DNA of 36,126 nt from Candidatus Woesearchaeota archaeon. Its GTDB lineage: Archaea > Nanobdellota > Nanobdellia > SCGC-AAA011-G17 > GW2011-AR18. Under the pieces are notes generated by a model. That model ran no database searches, was not told the DNA's origin, and saw nothing but the letters and a program-made list of their open reading frames with translations. This document shows positions 1-9,167 of the stretch, piece after piece. The stretch lies in NCBI GenBank assembly GCA_018303515.1, contig JAGVXZ010000004.1, positions 1-36,126 of the forward strand. The letters run 5' to 3'. Numbering within the stretch: position 1 is the stretch's first letter; each line of letters opens with the position of its first letter. The position numbers and the translations under genes were made by a program.

Positions 1-72
1 TTAAAGGAAGCATTAGATAAGTTGATTGAAAATCTTTTGGAATTAAAAAAAGATAAAGAAGGAACAGTTTAG
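1..72 (+). CDS. 3' end of an unidentified CDS (partial, enters from the left edge)
   Basis: Frame 1 is open from the window edge (...LKEALDKLIENLLELKKDKEGTV) with TAG at 70-72. No family recognisable. Confidence 0.25.
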   Translation, partial: LKEALDKLIENLLELKKDKEGTV

Positions 73-266
73 ATTATAAGGTAAATTTAGGGCTTAAAGA
101 TGAATTAACTTCGTTAGATGTTTGTGAAGAATTTCTTTTAATTACTAGTGGAAAATATTAAGATTACAAAGGGGGTATATGGTTAGTGATTTCTTAAGAA
201 GGCTTTAAGATTTGATTGTTCTTTTTCTCATAAATTAATAAAAACTTCCTATGCTTTATTTGAGAA

Positions 267-593
267 ATGGGCTCCTTAGAAAATTCTATTTTACATGAAG
301 ATGATGAGATTTTTTATGGTGAGGTTCAATATAATAATCCTCCTAAACGAGAATCAGATTTAGTTTCGTTGTTAGGTATTGGTTCATATGTTTTAATTAG
401 ATTCTATGATGGATTTATTGGAATAGAATCTTTCGAATCTAGAATTTCAAATGGAATATTATCTGGTATTGCTATAACTTATTCGAGTTATACCGAAGGA
501 AGATTTTTTTCTCTTCTTGGAAATGCGACTCTTGCGATTGTTCTTGGTGATTTTGCATTTGCAACTGGTGTTTCTTTAAGAAATCATTTTTAA
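267..593 (+). CDS. hypothetical protein, hydrophobic C-terminal half
   Basis: 108-aa ORF. An A/T-rich TATA-like stretch lies about 22-38 nt upstream, so the mRNA may be leaderless. The C-terminal half (GILSGIAITY...LLGNATLAIVLGDFAFATGV) looks membrane-associated. No recognisable family. Confidence 0.35.
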   Translation: MGSLENSILHEDDEIFYGEVQYNNPPKRESDLVSLLGIGSYVLIRFYDGFIGIESFESRISNGILSGIAITYSSYTEGRFFSLLGNATLAIVLGDFAFATGVSLRNHF

Positions 594-763
594 AACTAAC
601 AAAGTGAAATTAATAATTACTCTAAAATCTATTTTATACCTTGGAACTGAAAACTTTCCGAAATTTATTATATAACTTATATTAACCCTTTAAACTATAT
701 GTTATTTTATGATATTCGTTTTTATATAAGCTAATTATTGACAATGTAAGGGGGTATAAAAGA

Positions 764-2788
764 GTGGATGCATCACTACAAATAGAGAAATTTAAGGAAT
801 TTTTTGAAACTCATTATGAAAAGGATATTGCAATTATTGTGCAAAAAGGTCTTAAATCTCTTATTGTAGATTTTTCCTTATTATCCCAATTTGATGTTGA
901 ACTTGCGGAGGAATTATTAGAGGATCCTGAAGAATTAATAAGGGCTGCTGAATTAGCTTTAACACAATTTGATGTAATAGAAAAGTCTTATTTGGATAGA
1001 GTAAGGTTTAGTAATTTACCTGCCAGCCAATATATGAAAATAAGTGATGTCCGTTCTAGGGATTTGGGTGCTTTTTTGGAAATAGAAGGAATTGTTAGGC
1101 AAGCTTCTGATGTAAGGCCACAAGTAACGTCTGCAAGATTTGAATGTGTTGGTTGTGGAAATACAATTTCTATTTTGCAAATAGATTCTAAATTTAAGGA
1201 GCCAACTAGATGTACGTGTGGAATGAGAGGACGTTTTAAACAATTATCGCAAGAATTGGTTGATGCACAGCATTTGAAAATTGAAGAGGCGCCTGATAGT
1301 TTGGATGGTGGAGAACAACCTAAAAGATTGAGTGTATTTTTAAAAGAAGATTTAGTTGAGCCCAGAATGGAAAAAAAATGTTCCCCTGGTTCTAAAGTTA
1401 GAGTTACTGGAATTGTAAAAGAAGTTCCTGTTATGCTAAAAACTGGAGCTAAATCTGTAAGGTTTGATTTGATATTAGAAGCAAATAATATTGAAAGTGC
1501 AGTAGAAGATTTTTCTGATATTGAAATCTCTAATGAAGAAGTTGAAGAAATAAAAGCGTTTGCAAGAAAGCCTAAAGTGTTTGAAAGATTTGCAAAATCA
1601 ATTGCCCCTTCTATTTATGGGCATGATAAAATAAAAGAAGCTTTAGTGTTACAAATGTTTGGAGGAATTAGAAGAGTAAAACCTGATGGAACTACAAGAA
1701 GAGGTGACATCCATATTTTATTATGTGGTGATCCTGGTGCGGGAAAATCGCAACTAATTTCTTTTATTGCAAAGGCTGCTCCTAAAGCACGTTATGTTTC
1801 TGGTCATGGTGCGAGTGGTGCAGGTCTTACTGCTGCGGTTGTGAAAGACGAGTTCTTACGTGGATGGGCATTAGAAGCAGGAACAATGGCATTGGCACAT
1901 AAAGGAATTGCTGTTGTTGATGAACTTGATAAAATGAGTCATGAAGATAGGAGTGCTTTACATAGTGCACTTGAACAACAAATAATAACCATTGCGAAAG
2001 CAAATATCCAAGCTACTTTGAATTCTCAAACAACTTTATTAGCTGCTGCAAATCCAAAATTAGGAAGGTTCGATCCTTATACTCCTATCGCTGGGCAAAT
2101 TAATTTACCCCCATCTTTGTTAAATAGGTTTGATTTAATTTTTCCTGTAAGAGATTTACCAAATAAAGAGAATGATGAAAGAATCGCATCACATGTTTTG
2201 GAATCTACTATAGATGATAGTTTGTTTGATACTGAAGTACGTGTTGATTTTATGAAGAAATATGTCTCTTATACTAAACAGAGAATACATCCTAGATTAA
2301 CTAAGGGGGCAATAAATGAAATAAAAGATTTTTATGTTAAGTTAAGGAATTCAGGAAGTTCTTCTGATGATAAAGGGGTTAAACCTATTCCAATTTCTGC
2401 TCGTCAGTTGGAAGGTTTGATGAGGCTAGCTGAAGCTTCTGCTAAAGTGAGATTAGATGAAAAAGTAAGAAGAGAAGATGCATTGCGTGCAATTGAATTG
2501 TTAAGAAGTTGTTTGATGGATGTTGGATTTGATCCTGAAACTGGAATGATTGATATTGATAGAATGACTTCAAGTATTACAGCTTCTGTGCGTGGAAAAA
2601 TTGGATTAGTTAAGGAAATAATAAATGAATTTGAAAGTAAAGGTATGAAAATAATTCCTGTTGAAGAAATAATTGCATCTGCAGCTTTAAAAGGGCTTGA
2701 TGAATCTTCTGTTGAGGAGACTATAGAAAAATTAAAAAGATCAGGGGATTTGTTTGAACCTAAGAAAGGACATATAAGTAAAATATAA
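764..2788 (+). CDS. mcm: MCM replicative helicase
   Basis: 674 aa. Zn finger CVGCGN...CTCG, Walker A GDPGAGKS, Walker B VVDELDKM, arginine-finger region NRFDLIF, C-terminal winged-helix-like tail. GTG start preceded by AAGGGGG. Confidence 0.95.
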   Translation: MDASLQIEKFKEFFETHYEKDIAIIVQKGLKSLIVDFSLLSQFDVELAEELLEDPEELIRAAELALTQFDVIEKSYLDRVRFSNLPASQYMKISDVRSRDLGAFLEIEGIVRQASDVRPQVTSARFECVGCGNTISILQIDSKFKEPTRCTCGMRGRFKQLSQELVDAQHLKIEEAPDSLDGGEQPKRLSVFLKEDLVEPRMEKKCSPGSKVRVTGIVKEVPVMLKTGAKSVRFDLILEANNIESAVEDFSDIEISNEEVEEIKAFARKPKVFERFAKSIAPSIYGHDKIKEALVLQMFGGIRRVKPDGTTRRGDIHILLCGDPGAGKSQLISFIAKAAPKARYVSGHGASGAGLTAAVVKDEFLRGWALEAGTMALAHKGIAVVDELDKMSHEDRSALHSALEQQIITIAKANIQATLNSQTTLLAAANPKLGRFDPYTPIAGQINLPPSLLNRFDLIFPVRDLPNKENDERIASHVLESTIDDSLFDTEVRVDFMKKYVSYTKQRIHPRLTKGAINEIKDFYVKLRNSGSSSDDKGVKPIPISARQLEGLMRLAEASAKVRLDEKVRREDALRAIELLRSCLMDVGFDPETGMIDIDRMTSSITASVRGKIGLVKEIINEFESKGMKIIPVEEIIASAALKGLDESSVEETIEKLKRSGDLFEPKKGHISKI

Positions 2789-2789
2789 A

Positions 2790-3401
2790 ATGGCAGTACA
2801 AAGACAAATAGCATATAAGGTTTGGATAGGAGATTTGTTAAATAAAGAATTTGTTAAATCTCTTGGAGAGTGGGAACCGAATTATTTAGAGGTAAGAAAT
2901 AATAAAGTTTCTAGGATTAATTTAGTTGCAACTGTAGTTGATAAGATGGAGAATGAAGGAAGTTCTTATTCCACTTTAATGGTTGATGATGGGTCCGGAA
3001 ATATTAGACTTCGTAGTTGGCAAGATGAAGTTAAGTTGTTTGAAGGAATTAGTGTTGGTGATATTGTTTTGATTGTTGCTAGAGTGAAAGATTATACTGG
3101 GGAAATTTATTTGAGCCCGGAGATTGTTTGTAAATTAGATAGTGACTGGTTGAAGTTAAGACAAAAAGAACTGGAATTTTTATATGGAAAAGTTTTTTCT
3201 AAAGTTGAAGTTAGTAAAGATAATTTTGTGGATTTAAGGGGAAAAATTTTAGAGTATATTAAGAAAAATGATAATGGTTTAGGAGTGGATGTTTCTGTGA
3301 TCTTTAACAAAGTGGGGAATTGTGAGGAGATTGTTGAAGATATGGTATCCAATGGGGAATTGTTTTATATTCGTCCTGGATTTGTTAAAGAGATGGTTTA
3401 G
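2790..3401 (+). CDS. OB-fold plus C-terminal winged-helix protein, RPA32/Stn1-like ssDNA-binding candidate
   Basis: Starts 1 nt after the MCM stop. OB-fold pattern NLVATVVDK...STLMVDDGSGNIRLRSW...GDIVLIVARVKDYTGEIYLSPE. The C-terminus (ILEYIKKNDNGLGVDVSVIF...GELFYIRPGF) resembles an RPA32C-type wH domain. Confidence 0.55.
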   Translation: MAVQRQIAYKVWIGDLLNKEFVKSLGEWEPNYLEVRNNKVSRINLVATVVDKMENEGSSYSTLMVDDGSGNIRLRSWQDEVKLFEGISVGDIVLIVARVKDYTGEIYLSPEIVCKLDSDWLKLRQKELEFLYGKVFSKVEVSKDNFVDLRGKILEYIKKNDNGLGVDVSVIFNKVGNCEEIVEDMVSNGELFYIRPGFVKEMV

Positions 3402-3478
3402 TTTCAAGTTGAAGTTTTTTTCTTAAGAATCTTTTGTTATTTGTTGTAACAATTATTTTTATTTGTGAAACTGAAGGT

Positions 3479-3486
3479 TTTATATA
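3479..3486 (+). promoter_or_regulatory. TATA box (TTTATATA) for a leaderless aIF2-beta mRNA
   Basis: TTTATATA ends 24 nt before ATG 3510. The same spacing recurs at other first-in-operon genes in this window. Confidence 0.45.
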
Positions 3487-3509
3487 CTTTAGTTTTTCAC
3501 ATTCCTTTT

Positions 3510-3914
3510 ATGGAATATGAGGTTATGTTAGATAAATTATATAAAGAATTACCAAAAGATTTAGACTTTAGTGGGGAAAGGTTTGAGATTCCAAAAGTGA
3601 GAGGTCATTTACAAGGTAATAAAACAATTCTTTCTAATTTTAATCAAATTGTATCATTATTGGGTTGTGATGGGCAGCATTTATTAAAATATCTTTTAAG
3701 AGAATTAGCAACTCCTGGAAAAATTGATGGTAGTAGATTAGAGTTTGCAAGAAAGTTAAGTGCAACATTTATTAATTCTAAGATTGAACAATATGCTAAC
3801 GCATATGTTTTGTGTAAAACTTGTGGAAAGCCTGATACTACAATTATAAAGAAAGAAAGTGTATCATATATGAAGTGTACTGCATGTGGTGCGCAATATC
3901 CCTTAAAAGTATAA
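3510..3914 (+). CDS. eif2b: translation initiation factor aIF2 beta subunit
   Basis: MEYEVMLDKLYKELP..., a central eIF2beta/eIF5 domain and the C-terminal zinc ribbon CKTCGKPDT...CTACG. I prefer ATG 3510 over the track's GTG 3465 because of the TATA spacing and the typical N-terminus. Confidence 0.85.
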   Translation: MEYEVMLDKLYKELPKDLDFSGERFEIPKVRGHLQGNKTILSNFNQIVSLLGCDGQHLLKYLLRELATPGKIDGSRLEFARKLSATFINSKIEQYANAYVLCKTCGKPDTTIIKKESVSYMKCTACGAQYPLKV

Positions 3915-4666
3915 TGAAAATAATCTCTTGGAATGTGAATGGTATTCGTGCAGTCTTAGTGAAGGGATTTTTAGATTTTGTCCAGAAAGAAAATCCAGAT
4001 ATTTTATGTATTCAAGAAACGAAAGCTCATCCTGATCAAGTTGATTTGGTTCTAAATGATTATAAGCACCATTATTGGAATTCTGCAGTAAAAAAAGGTT
4101 ATTCTGGAACAGCCGTGTTTAGTAAAATAAAGCCCCTTAATGTTTGTAATAATATTGGTATTAGTGAACATGATACGGAAGGGAGAGTGATTTGTCTAGA
4201 GTTTGAAAATTTTTTCTTAATTAATGTTTATGTTCCTAATTCTGGTCGTGGGTTACTGAGATTTAAATATAGACAGAAATGGGATAAAGATTTTTGTGAT
4301 TATTTGAAGAAACTTGAAAAGGAAAAGGCTATAATTGTTTGTGGAGATTTTAATGTTGCTCACAAAGAAATTGATTTAGCTAATCCCAAATCAAATTATA
4401 ATAAAACTGCTGGTTATATGCAAGAGGAGATTGATGGGATGAATAGATATATTAGTCAAGGTTTTGTTGATACGTTTAGGGAATTTTGTAAAGAACCTAA
4501 AAAATATTCTTATTGGAGTTATATGCTTAATGCAAGAAAAAGAAATATAGGATGGCGTATTGATTATTTTTTAGTTTCAAAAGATTATATTAAAAATATT
4601 AATTTTAGTTTTATTTTAGAAAATGTTCTTGGATCTGATCATTGTCCTATAGGAATTAAACTTTGA
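3914..4666 (+). CDS. xth: exodeoxyribonuclease III (AP endonuclease, Xth family)
   Basis: MKIISWNVNGIRA..., LCIQETK, GDFNVAH and SDHCP motifs. ATG 3914 overlaps the aIF2-beta stop (TAATG). The track's longer start at 3875 lies inside the upstream gene. Confidence 0.9.
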   Translation: MKIISWNVNGIRAVLVKGFLDFVQKENPDILCIQETKAHPDQVDLVLNDYKHHYWNSAVKKGYSGTAVFSKIKPLNVCNNIGISEHDTEGRVICLEFENFFLINVYVPNSGRGLLRFKYRQKWDKDFCDYLKKLEKEKAIIVCGDFNVAHKEIDLANPKSNYNKTAGYMQEEIDGMNRYISQGFVDTFREFCKEPKKYSYWSYMLNARKRNIGWRIDYFLVSKDYIKNINFSFILENVLGSDHCPIGIKL

Positions 4667-4668
4667 AA

Positions 4669-5067
4669 TTATAATTCCTTTAATAATCTTTTAAATTGAA
4701 TTTTTGAAAGTTTTCTAACTTTAACTTTTTTAAATCCCAAAATCTTTGCCTTTGCTAATCGATGTAATCCATCTAAGATTTCCCATTTATTTGTCTGGTT
4801 TTTTACTATTTCTATTGGATATTCTAAATGTGATTGAAGGATGCGATTGTAATGGTAATCATATCTTTTAGGATCATTTATTACTTGGTTTGGTGTTATT
4901 GCATATTTTTTATTCTCATGTTGCCAAAAAGGGATATCAAATTGCCAGTCAAGAGTTGAAATTAACATTGTAGAAATTTGAATTTTTAAACCCCAAACTC
5001 TTTTGTTGGGTGGTATTCTCTCTAAACAATTTTCTTTTAATAGTTCTGGAATTGTTTTATCTAGCAT
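4669..5067 (-). CDS. ParB/sulfiredoxin-like N-terminal-domain protein (orphan)
   Basis: The C-terminal segment PIEIVKNQTNKWEILDGLHRLAKAKILGFKKVKVRKL follows the ParB N-domain pattern (PIvV..g.yeIiDGxxR..Aa...G...v.v). Only 132 aa, and no HTH or partner ParA is present. Confidence 0.5.
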   Translation of the reverse strand: MLDKTIPELLKENCLERIPPNKRVWGLKIQISTMLISTLDWQFDIPFWQHENKKYAITPNQVINDPKRYDYHYNRILQSHLEYPIEIVKNQTNKWEILDGLHRLAKAKILGFKKVKVRKLSKIQFKRLLKEL

Positions 5068-5159
5068 TTAATTTTTAATTTTTAATCTGATTTAAATCTC
5101 TATTGTTTCTTTAATTTATTTTTGATAATAATTAAATCTTAGTTTTATGTTTTGGTACT

Positions 5160-5387
5160 ATGGAAAAATTGATTGAAGAAAGACAATTGGGAAAATATGA
5201 AAGATTTTATTTGAACCAAGTTACTACTGTAAAACTATTATCTATTAAATCAAATTCAAGTTTACAATATTATTCTAATAGAGAAGAATTTCGGAAAATT
5301 CTTACTGGTGAAGCTGAGATGATTCTTAGTAATAAAGCTTATTTAGGAAAAGAGGGTGATGAGTTTTTTTATTCCAAAAAAAATTGA
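5160..5387 (+). CDS. hypothetical protein (possibly continues in the +1 frame to 5496)
   Basis: 75-aa ORF ending just after a T7/A8 homopolymer pair (5364-5383). The +1 frame remains open and protein-like to TAA 5494-5496. Confidence 0.3.
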   Translation: MEKLIEERQLGKYERFYLNQVTTVKLLSIKSNSSLQYYSNREEFRKILTGEAEMILSNKAYLGKEGDEFFYSKKN

Positions 5388-5543
5388 ATATCGAATAAAA
5401 ACAAAAGATTCCAGTGTAAAAATCTTAGAAATAGCTTTTGGTGATCTTGATGAAAAAGATCTTGTTATGGTCAAGGATGAGTATGGAAGGATATAATTTT
5501 TGGGGATAGTTAAAATTAAATAGTTTAACCTTAAATTAATTCT

Positions 5544-5858
5544 ATGACAATTTATTCTACTGATGGAGGGAGATATTATGAGGGAAGATTGCAATTAAGA
5601 CCCTTTAATGAGGAAGTTTATGAATGGATTAAAAAACAAATTGATAAGGATGATTTCCAATTTATTTCAAGAGAAGAAGAAGTTAAGGGAGGAATTGATA
5701 TTTATTTTACTTCTCAAAAGAATTTGAGATCTTTAGGGCCTAGACTTAAGAAACAGTTTAAAGGAGAATTGAAAATTACTAAAAAATTATTTAGTGTTAA
5801 TAAACTAACTTCTAAGAGAATTTACAGAGCTACTGTATTATTTAGATTAGAAAAGTAG
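5544..5858 (+). CDS. small NMD3-family-like protein (no zinc-finger N-terminus)
   Basis: GRYYEGRLQLRPF...GGIDIYFTS...YRATVLFRL resembles the YEAILQLR...GiDfyf...yr.tv.vR core of archaeal NMD3 homologues. It is only 104 aa and lacks the CxxC clusters. Confidence 0.35.
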   Translation: MTIYSTDGGRYYEGRLQLRPFNEEVYEWIKKQIDKDDFQFISREEEVKGGIDIYFTSQKNLRSLGPRLKKQFKGELKITKKLFSVNKLTSKRIYRATVLFRLEK

Positions 5859-5860
5859 GT

Positions 5861-5868
5861 TTTATATA
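5861..5868 (+). promoter_or_regulatory. TATA box (TTTATATA) for a leaderless aIF1A mRNA
   Basis: Ends 23 nt before ATG 5891. No SD in between. Confidence 0.45.
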
Positions 5869-5890
5869 GCTATCCCAGTGCCATGATTTT

Positions 5891-6271
5891 ATGAGTGATG
5901 ATAATTTAAATGATACAGAAGATTTTGGGGAAGATGATGTTTTAGAACGTTCTTTTGATAATAATCAAGATGAAGGACCTATAAGGGTAAAGATGCCTAA
6001 AGGCAAGCAAGTTCTTGGAATTGTTACACAAAGGTTAGGTGGGGGTAGAATGAGAGTTGCTTGTATGGATGGGAAAACAAGGATTTGTAGGGTCCCTGGC
6101 AGGCTAAAGAAATCTCTTTGGGTAAGGGAAGAGAATGTTCTATTAATTGAACCTTGGGAATTTGGTGGAGATGAAAAAGGTGACGTTATATATAAATATA
6201 GAAAGAATCAGATCAGTTGGTTGAAGAAGAGTGGGTATTTAGATAAAATAAATACTGATGATGAATTTTAA
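5891..6271 (+). CDS. eif1a: translation initiation factor aIF1A
   Basis: S1-like OB core VLGIVTQRLGGGRMRVACMDGKTRICRVPGRLKK..WVREENVLLIEPWEF...GDVIYKY, with an acidic N-terminal extension. Confidence 0.9.
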   Translation: MSDDNLNDTEDFGEDDVLERSFDNNQDEGPIRVKMPKGKQVLGIVTQRLGGGRMRVACMDGKTRICRVPGRLKKSLWVREENVLLIEPWEFGGDEKGDVIYKYRKNQISWLKKSGYLDKINTDDEF

Positions 6272-6306
6272 TTAGTTTTAAATAATCTTTTGTTTAATTT
6301 TATTTA

Positions 6307-7008
6307 ATGGCAGTTTCAAGAGAGAAGTTTAAAACTTATGGTTCTGTATTTGATGAGAAAACCATATTGGCCTTACAAAGGTTAGAAGGAAGAGGAGTAT
6401 TTAATGAATTATTATCTCCTATATCTGTTGGGAAGGAGTCCAATGTTTTTTCTGCGGAAACTAATAATGGAGTGGTTTGTGTTAAAATTTATAGGTTAAA
6501 CACTTGTGATTTTCATAAAATGTATAAATATATTTCCCAAGATAGAAGATTTAATGGTGTTCAGAAAAGAAGAAGGGCTGTAGTTTTTGCATGGTGCAGG
6601 AGAGAATTTAGAAACTTAAAAGTAGCACATAAGTTAAAAGTTAATGTTCCTAAGCCAATTGCGTTTTTTGAAAATGTATTAGTAATGGAATATTTAGGTG
6701 ATAAAAATGGATCTTTTAAATTAAGAGAATCTAATTTTGAAGTTAGGAAATATAGTAAAATTGTTTTAAGTGATTTACAAAAATTATATCAGAAATGTAA
6801 GTTAGTACATGGTGATCTATCAGAATTTAATATCCTAGATTTTAAGAACAAACCTTATATTATTGATTTTAGTCATGGGATGAAGTTAGACTACCCTAAT
6901 GTGGAAGAATATTTAGAAAGAGATGTAAAAACTATTATAACCTTTTTTAATAGAAGGGGTTGTAAATTAGAATTTAATCATTTAATTGAGGAAATAAAAA
7001 ATGGATGA
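6307..7008 (+). CDS. rio1: RIO-type serine/threonine kinase (Rio1-like, no N-terminal wHTH)
   Basis: GKESNVF, VCVKIYR, LVMEYLG, VHGDLSEFNIL and IIDFSHG motifs. Sits in the conserved archaeal aIF1A-RIO-KH neighbourhood. Confidence 0.85.
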   Translation: MAVSREKFKTYGSVFDEKTILALQRLEGRGVFNELLSPISVGKESNVFSAETNNGVVCVKIYRLNTCDFHKMYKYISQDRRFNGVQKRRRAVVFAWCRREFRNLKVAHKLKVNVPKPIAFFENVLVMEYLGDKNGSFKLRESNFEVRKYSKIVLSDLQKLYQKCKLVHGDLSEFNILDFKNKPYIIDFSHGMKLDYPNVEEYLERDVKTIITFFNRRGCKLEFNHLIEEIKNG

Positions 7009-7537
7009 ATATATGAGTGAATTGAAAATTCCTAAAGCAAGAATAGCTGTATTGATTGGTGAGAAAGGTGAAATAAAAAATAAAATACAGAAAAAATTAG
7101 AAGTAAAACTTGTAATTGATTCTAAGGAAGGTGATATAGATATTATAGGTGAGGATTCTGTGAACATACTTATTGCAGAGAAAATTGTTAGGGCAATATC
7201 CAGAGGGTTTAATCCAAAGCATGCTTTAAAATTAATTAATGAAACTTATAATTTAGAAGTAATTGATCTTACAGAGTTTGTTGGCAAGAATGTTAGGCAA
7301 ACAAAAAGAGTGAAATCCCGATTAATTGGGACAGATGGAAAAACTAGAAAAACCGTTGAGTTATTGAGTAATACTAAAATTGTAATTTATGGGAAAACTA
7401 TTTCTATTATCGGTGATTATATCAATGTAGGAGTTGCAAGGAAAGCGATTGAGTTGTTATTAATTGGTAAAACTCATGCAACAGTTTACAAGTGGTTGGA
7501 AGGTCAAAAAAGAGCCTTGAGTGAAAAGGGATTTTAG
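7001..7537 (+). CDS. KH-domain RNA-binding protein (aDim2/Pno1-like)
   Basis: Two KH GXXG loops (IGEKGEIKNKI and IGTDGKTRKTVE). Overlaps the RIO stop (ATGGATGA). Conserved partner of the rio gene. Confidence 0.8.
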   Translation: MDEYMSELKIPKARIAVLIGEKGEIKNKIQKKLEVKLVIDSKEGDIDIIGEDSVNILIAEKIVRAISRGFNPKHALKLINETYNLEVIDLTEFVGKNVRQTKRVKSRLIGTDGKTRKTVELLSNTKIVIYGKTISIIGDYINVGVARKAIELLLIGKTHATVYKWLEGQKRALSEKGF

Positions 7538-7564
7538 TGTTTTGTAATTTGAATGGAACTAAAG

Positions 7565-7573
7565 TTTTAAATA
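7565..7573 (+). promoter_or_regulatory. TATA-like box (TTTTAAATA) for a leaderless top6B mRNA
   Basis: Ends 23 nt before ATG 7596. Confidence 0.4.
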
Positions 7574-7595
7574 CAAATTTAAAATTGGAACTTTT

Positions 7596-9167
7596 ATGAG
7601 TAAAACATATGCAGAAATTGCAGCAGGTAAACAAAGAGAAATTTCTGTATCTGAATTCTTTACTAAAAATAGACATTTATTAGGTTTTGATAATCCTAGA
7701 AGAGCTTTATTAACAACAGTTAAAGAAGCAGTTGATAATTCTTTAGATGCTTGCGAAGAAGCAAGAATTTTACCTGAATTGTGGATAGAAATAAAGGAAG
7801 TGAAAGAGAATAGATATAAAGTTTTGGTAAAAGATAATGGTCCTGGAATTGTAAAAATACAAATTCCAAAAATTTTTGGAAAATTATTATACGGTTCTAA
7901 ATTTCATAAATTATCTGCAACTCGTGGGCAGCAAGGAATTGGTATTTCAGCGGCTGTAATGTATTCGCAATTAACTACTGGAAAAAGTGTACATATTACT
8001 TCAAAAATAAGTAAAGGAAAACCTGCACATTATTATGAATTGCATTTTAATTCTAAAGCAAATGAGCCAGAAATTGTAAAAGAGTCTGAAGTAGAATTTG
8101 ATATTGATCATGGGACGATGATTGAACTGGAAATAGAGGCAGTATTTCAAAAAGGAAAAAGAAGTGTTGATGAATATTTGGAACAAACATCAATAGCAAA
8201 TCCGCATGCTACAATACATTATGCTAATCCGTTAAATGAAAAAATGAATTATTTGGCTGCTGTAAATAAATTACCTGTAGAACCTAAAGAAATTAAACCA
8301 CATCCTCATGGAATAGAGTTGGGAATGCTAATTTCAATGTTGAAGGAGACTGCAATGAGTTCTGTTACATCATTTTTACAAAAAGAGTTTTCAAGAGTTT
8401 CTTCTCAAGTGGCAAATAAAATTTGTGAAGAAGCAAAGATCTCTCCAAAGTCGAGACCTTCTAGAATCGCAAGGCAAGAAGCTGAAAATTTGTATAATTC
8501 AATTCAAAAAGTTAAAATTATGGCACCACCTACAAATTGTTTATCTCCTATTGGGGAGGAAGCATTGTTAAAAAGTTTAAAGCGTGGTGTTACTGCTGAA
8601 TTTTATGCTACAGTTACTAGAAACCCTTCCGTTTATAGAGGAAATCCGTTTTTAGTTGAGGCGGGAATTGCTTATGGGGGTTCGTTAGAAGCTGAAGGGA
8701 TTTTACAAATAATAAGATTTGCAAATAAAGTTCCATTACAGTATCAACAAGGTGCGTGTGCAATACAAAAAGCTGTAGCTGAAACTGCTTGGAAGAATTA
8801 TGGTATTCAACAAAGTAAGGGTTCTTTACCACGGGGGCCTTTAATGATAGTTTTACACTTTTGTTCAGTATGGGTACCTTTTACTTCTGAGTCTAAAGAA
8901 GCTATTGCAAGTTATGATGAAATTGTAAAAGAAATGAAATTAGCAATACAGGAATGCGGTAGAAAATTAGCTACTTTTGTAAGAAAAAGAAATAGAGATA
9001 AATTATCTGCAAAGAAAAAAGATATGTTTAAAAATTATTCTTTAGAATTAGCAAGTTCTTTGTCTGAAATTACTGGTACAAATGAAAAAAAGATTTATGC
9101 TGAATTAATTACTATTGCTGAAAAAATGTTTGAAACAGGTGCTTTGGAGGAAAAAAATGGTGAGTAA
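7596..9167 (+). CDS. top6B: DNA topoisomerase VI subunit B
   Basis: GHKL/Bergerat ATPase motifs ([21 protein letters not shown]), an H2TH-like segment and a transducer domain. 523 aa. Confidence 0.93.
   Translation: MSKTYAEIAAGKQREISVSEFFTKNRHLLGFDNPRRALLTTVKEAVDNSLDACEEARILPELWIEIKEVKENRYKVLVKDNGPGIVKIQIPKIFGKLLYGSKFHKLSATRGQQGIGISAAVMYSQLTTGKSVHITSKISKGKPAHYYELHFNSKANEPEIVKESEVEFDIDHGTMIELEIEAVFQKGKRSVDEYLEQTSIANPHATIHYANPLNEKMNYLAAVNKLPVEPKEIKPHPHGIELGMLISMLKETAMSSVTSFLQKEFSRVSSQVANKICEEAKISPKSRPSRIARQEAENLYNSIQKVKIMAPPTNCLSPIGEEALLKSLKRGVTAEFYATVTRNPSVYRGNPFLVEAGIAYGGSLEAEGILQIIRFANKVPLQYQQGACAIQKAVAETAWKNYGIQQSKGSLPRGPLMIVLHFCSVWVPFTSESKEAIASYDEIVKEMKLAIQECGRKLATFVRKRNRDKLSAKKKDMFKNYSLELASSLSEITGTNEKKIYAELITIAEKMFETGALEEKNGE

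Noticed and set aside
179-208. A 9-codon mini-ORF (MVSDFLRRL) behind an AAGGGGGTATA motif identical to the one upstream of MCM.
   Set aside because: It is too short to support as a gene. The shared 11-mer is most simply an RBS-like G-tract occurring by chance or as a weak regulatory motif, and there is no further evidence.
594-763. A replication origin in the AT-rich spacer upstream of MCM.
   Set aside because: I could find no ORB-like inverted repeats or repeated 12-13-mers. Archaeal origins usually flank orc1/cdc6 rather than mcm. The region contains an ordinary TATA (721-728) and an RBS.
3465-3509. Longer N-terminal extensions offered by the ORF track: aIF2-beta from 3465, xth from 3875, top6A from 9115, uL6 from 22742, the Zn-ribbon gene from 13722, the MBL gene from 14858 and the primase from 29822.
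   Set aside because: The extensions overlap the preceding gene or promoter elements and encode atypical hydrophobic peptides. Internal ATGs give family-typical N-termini and fit the TATA or SD spacing.
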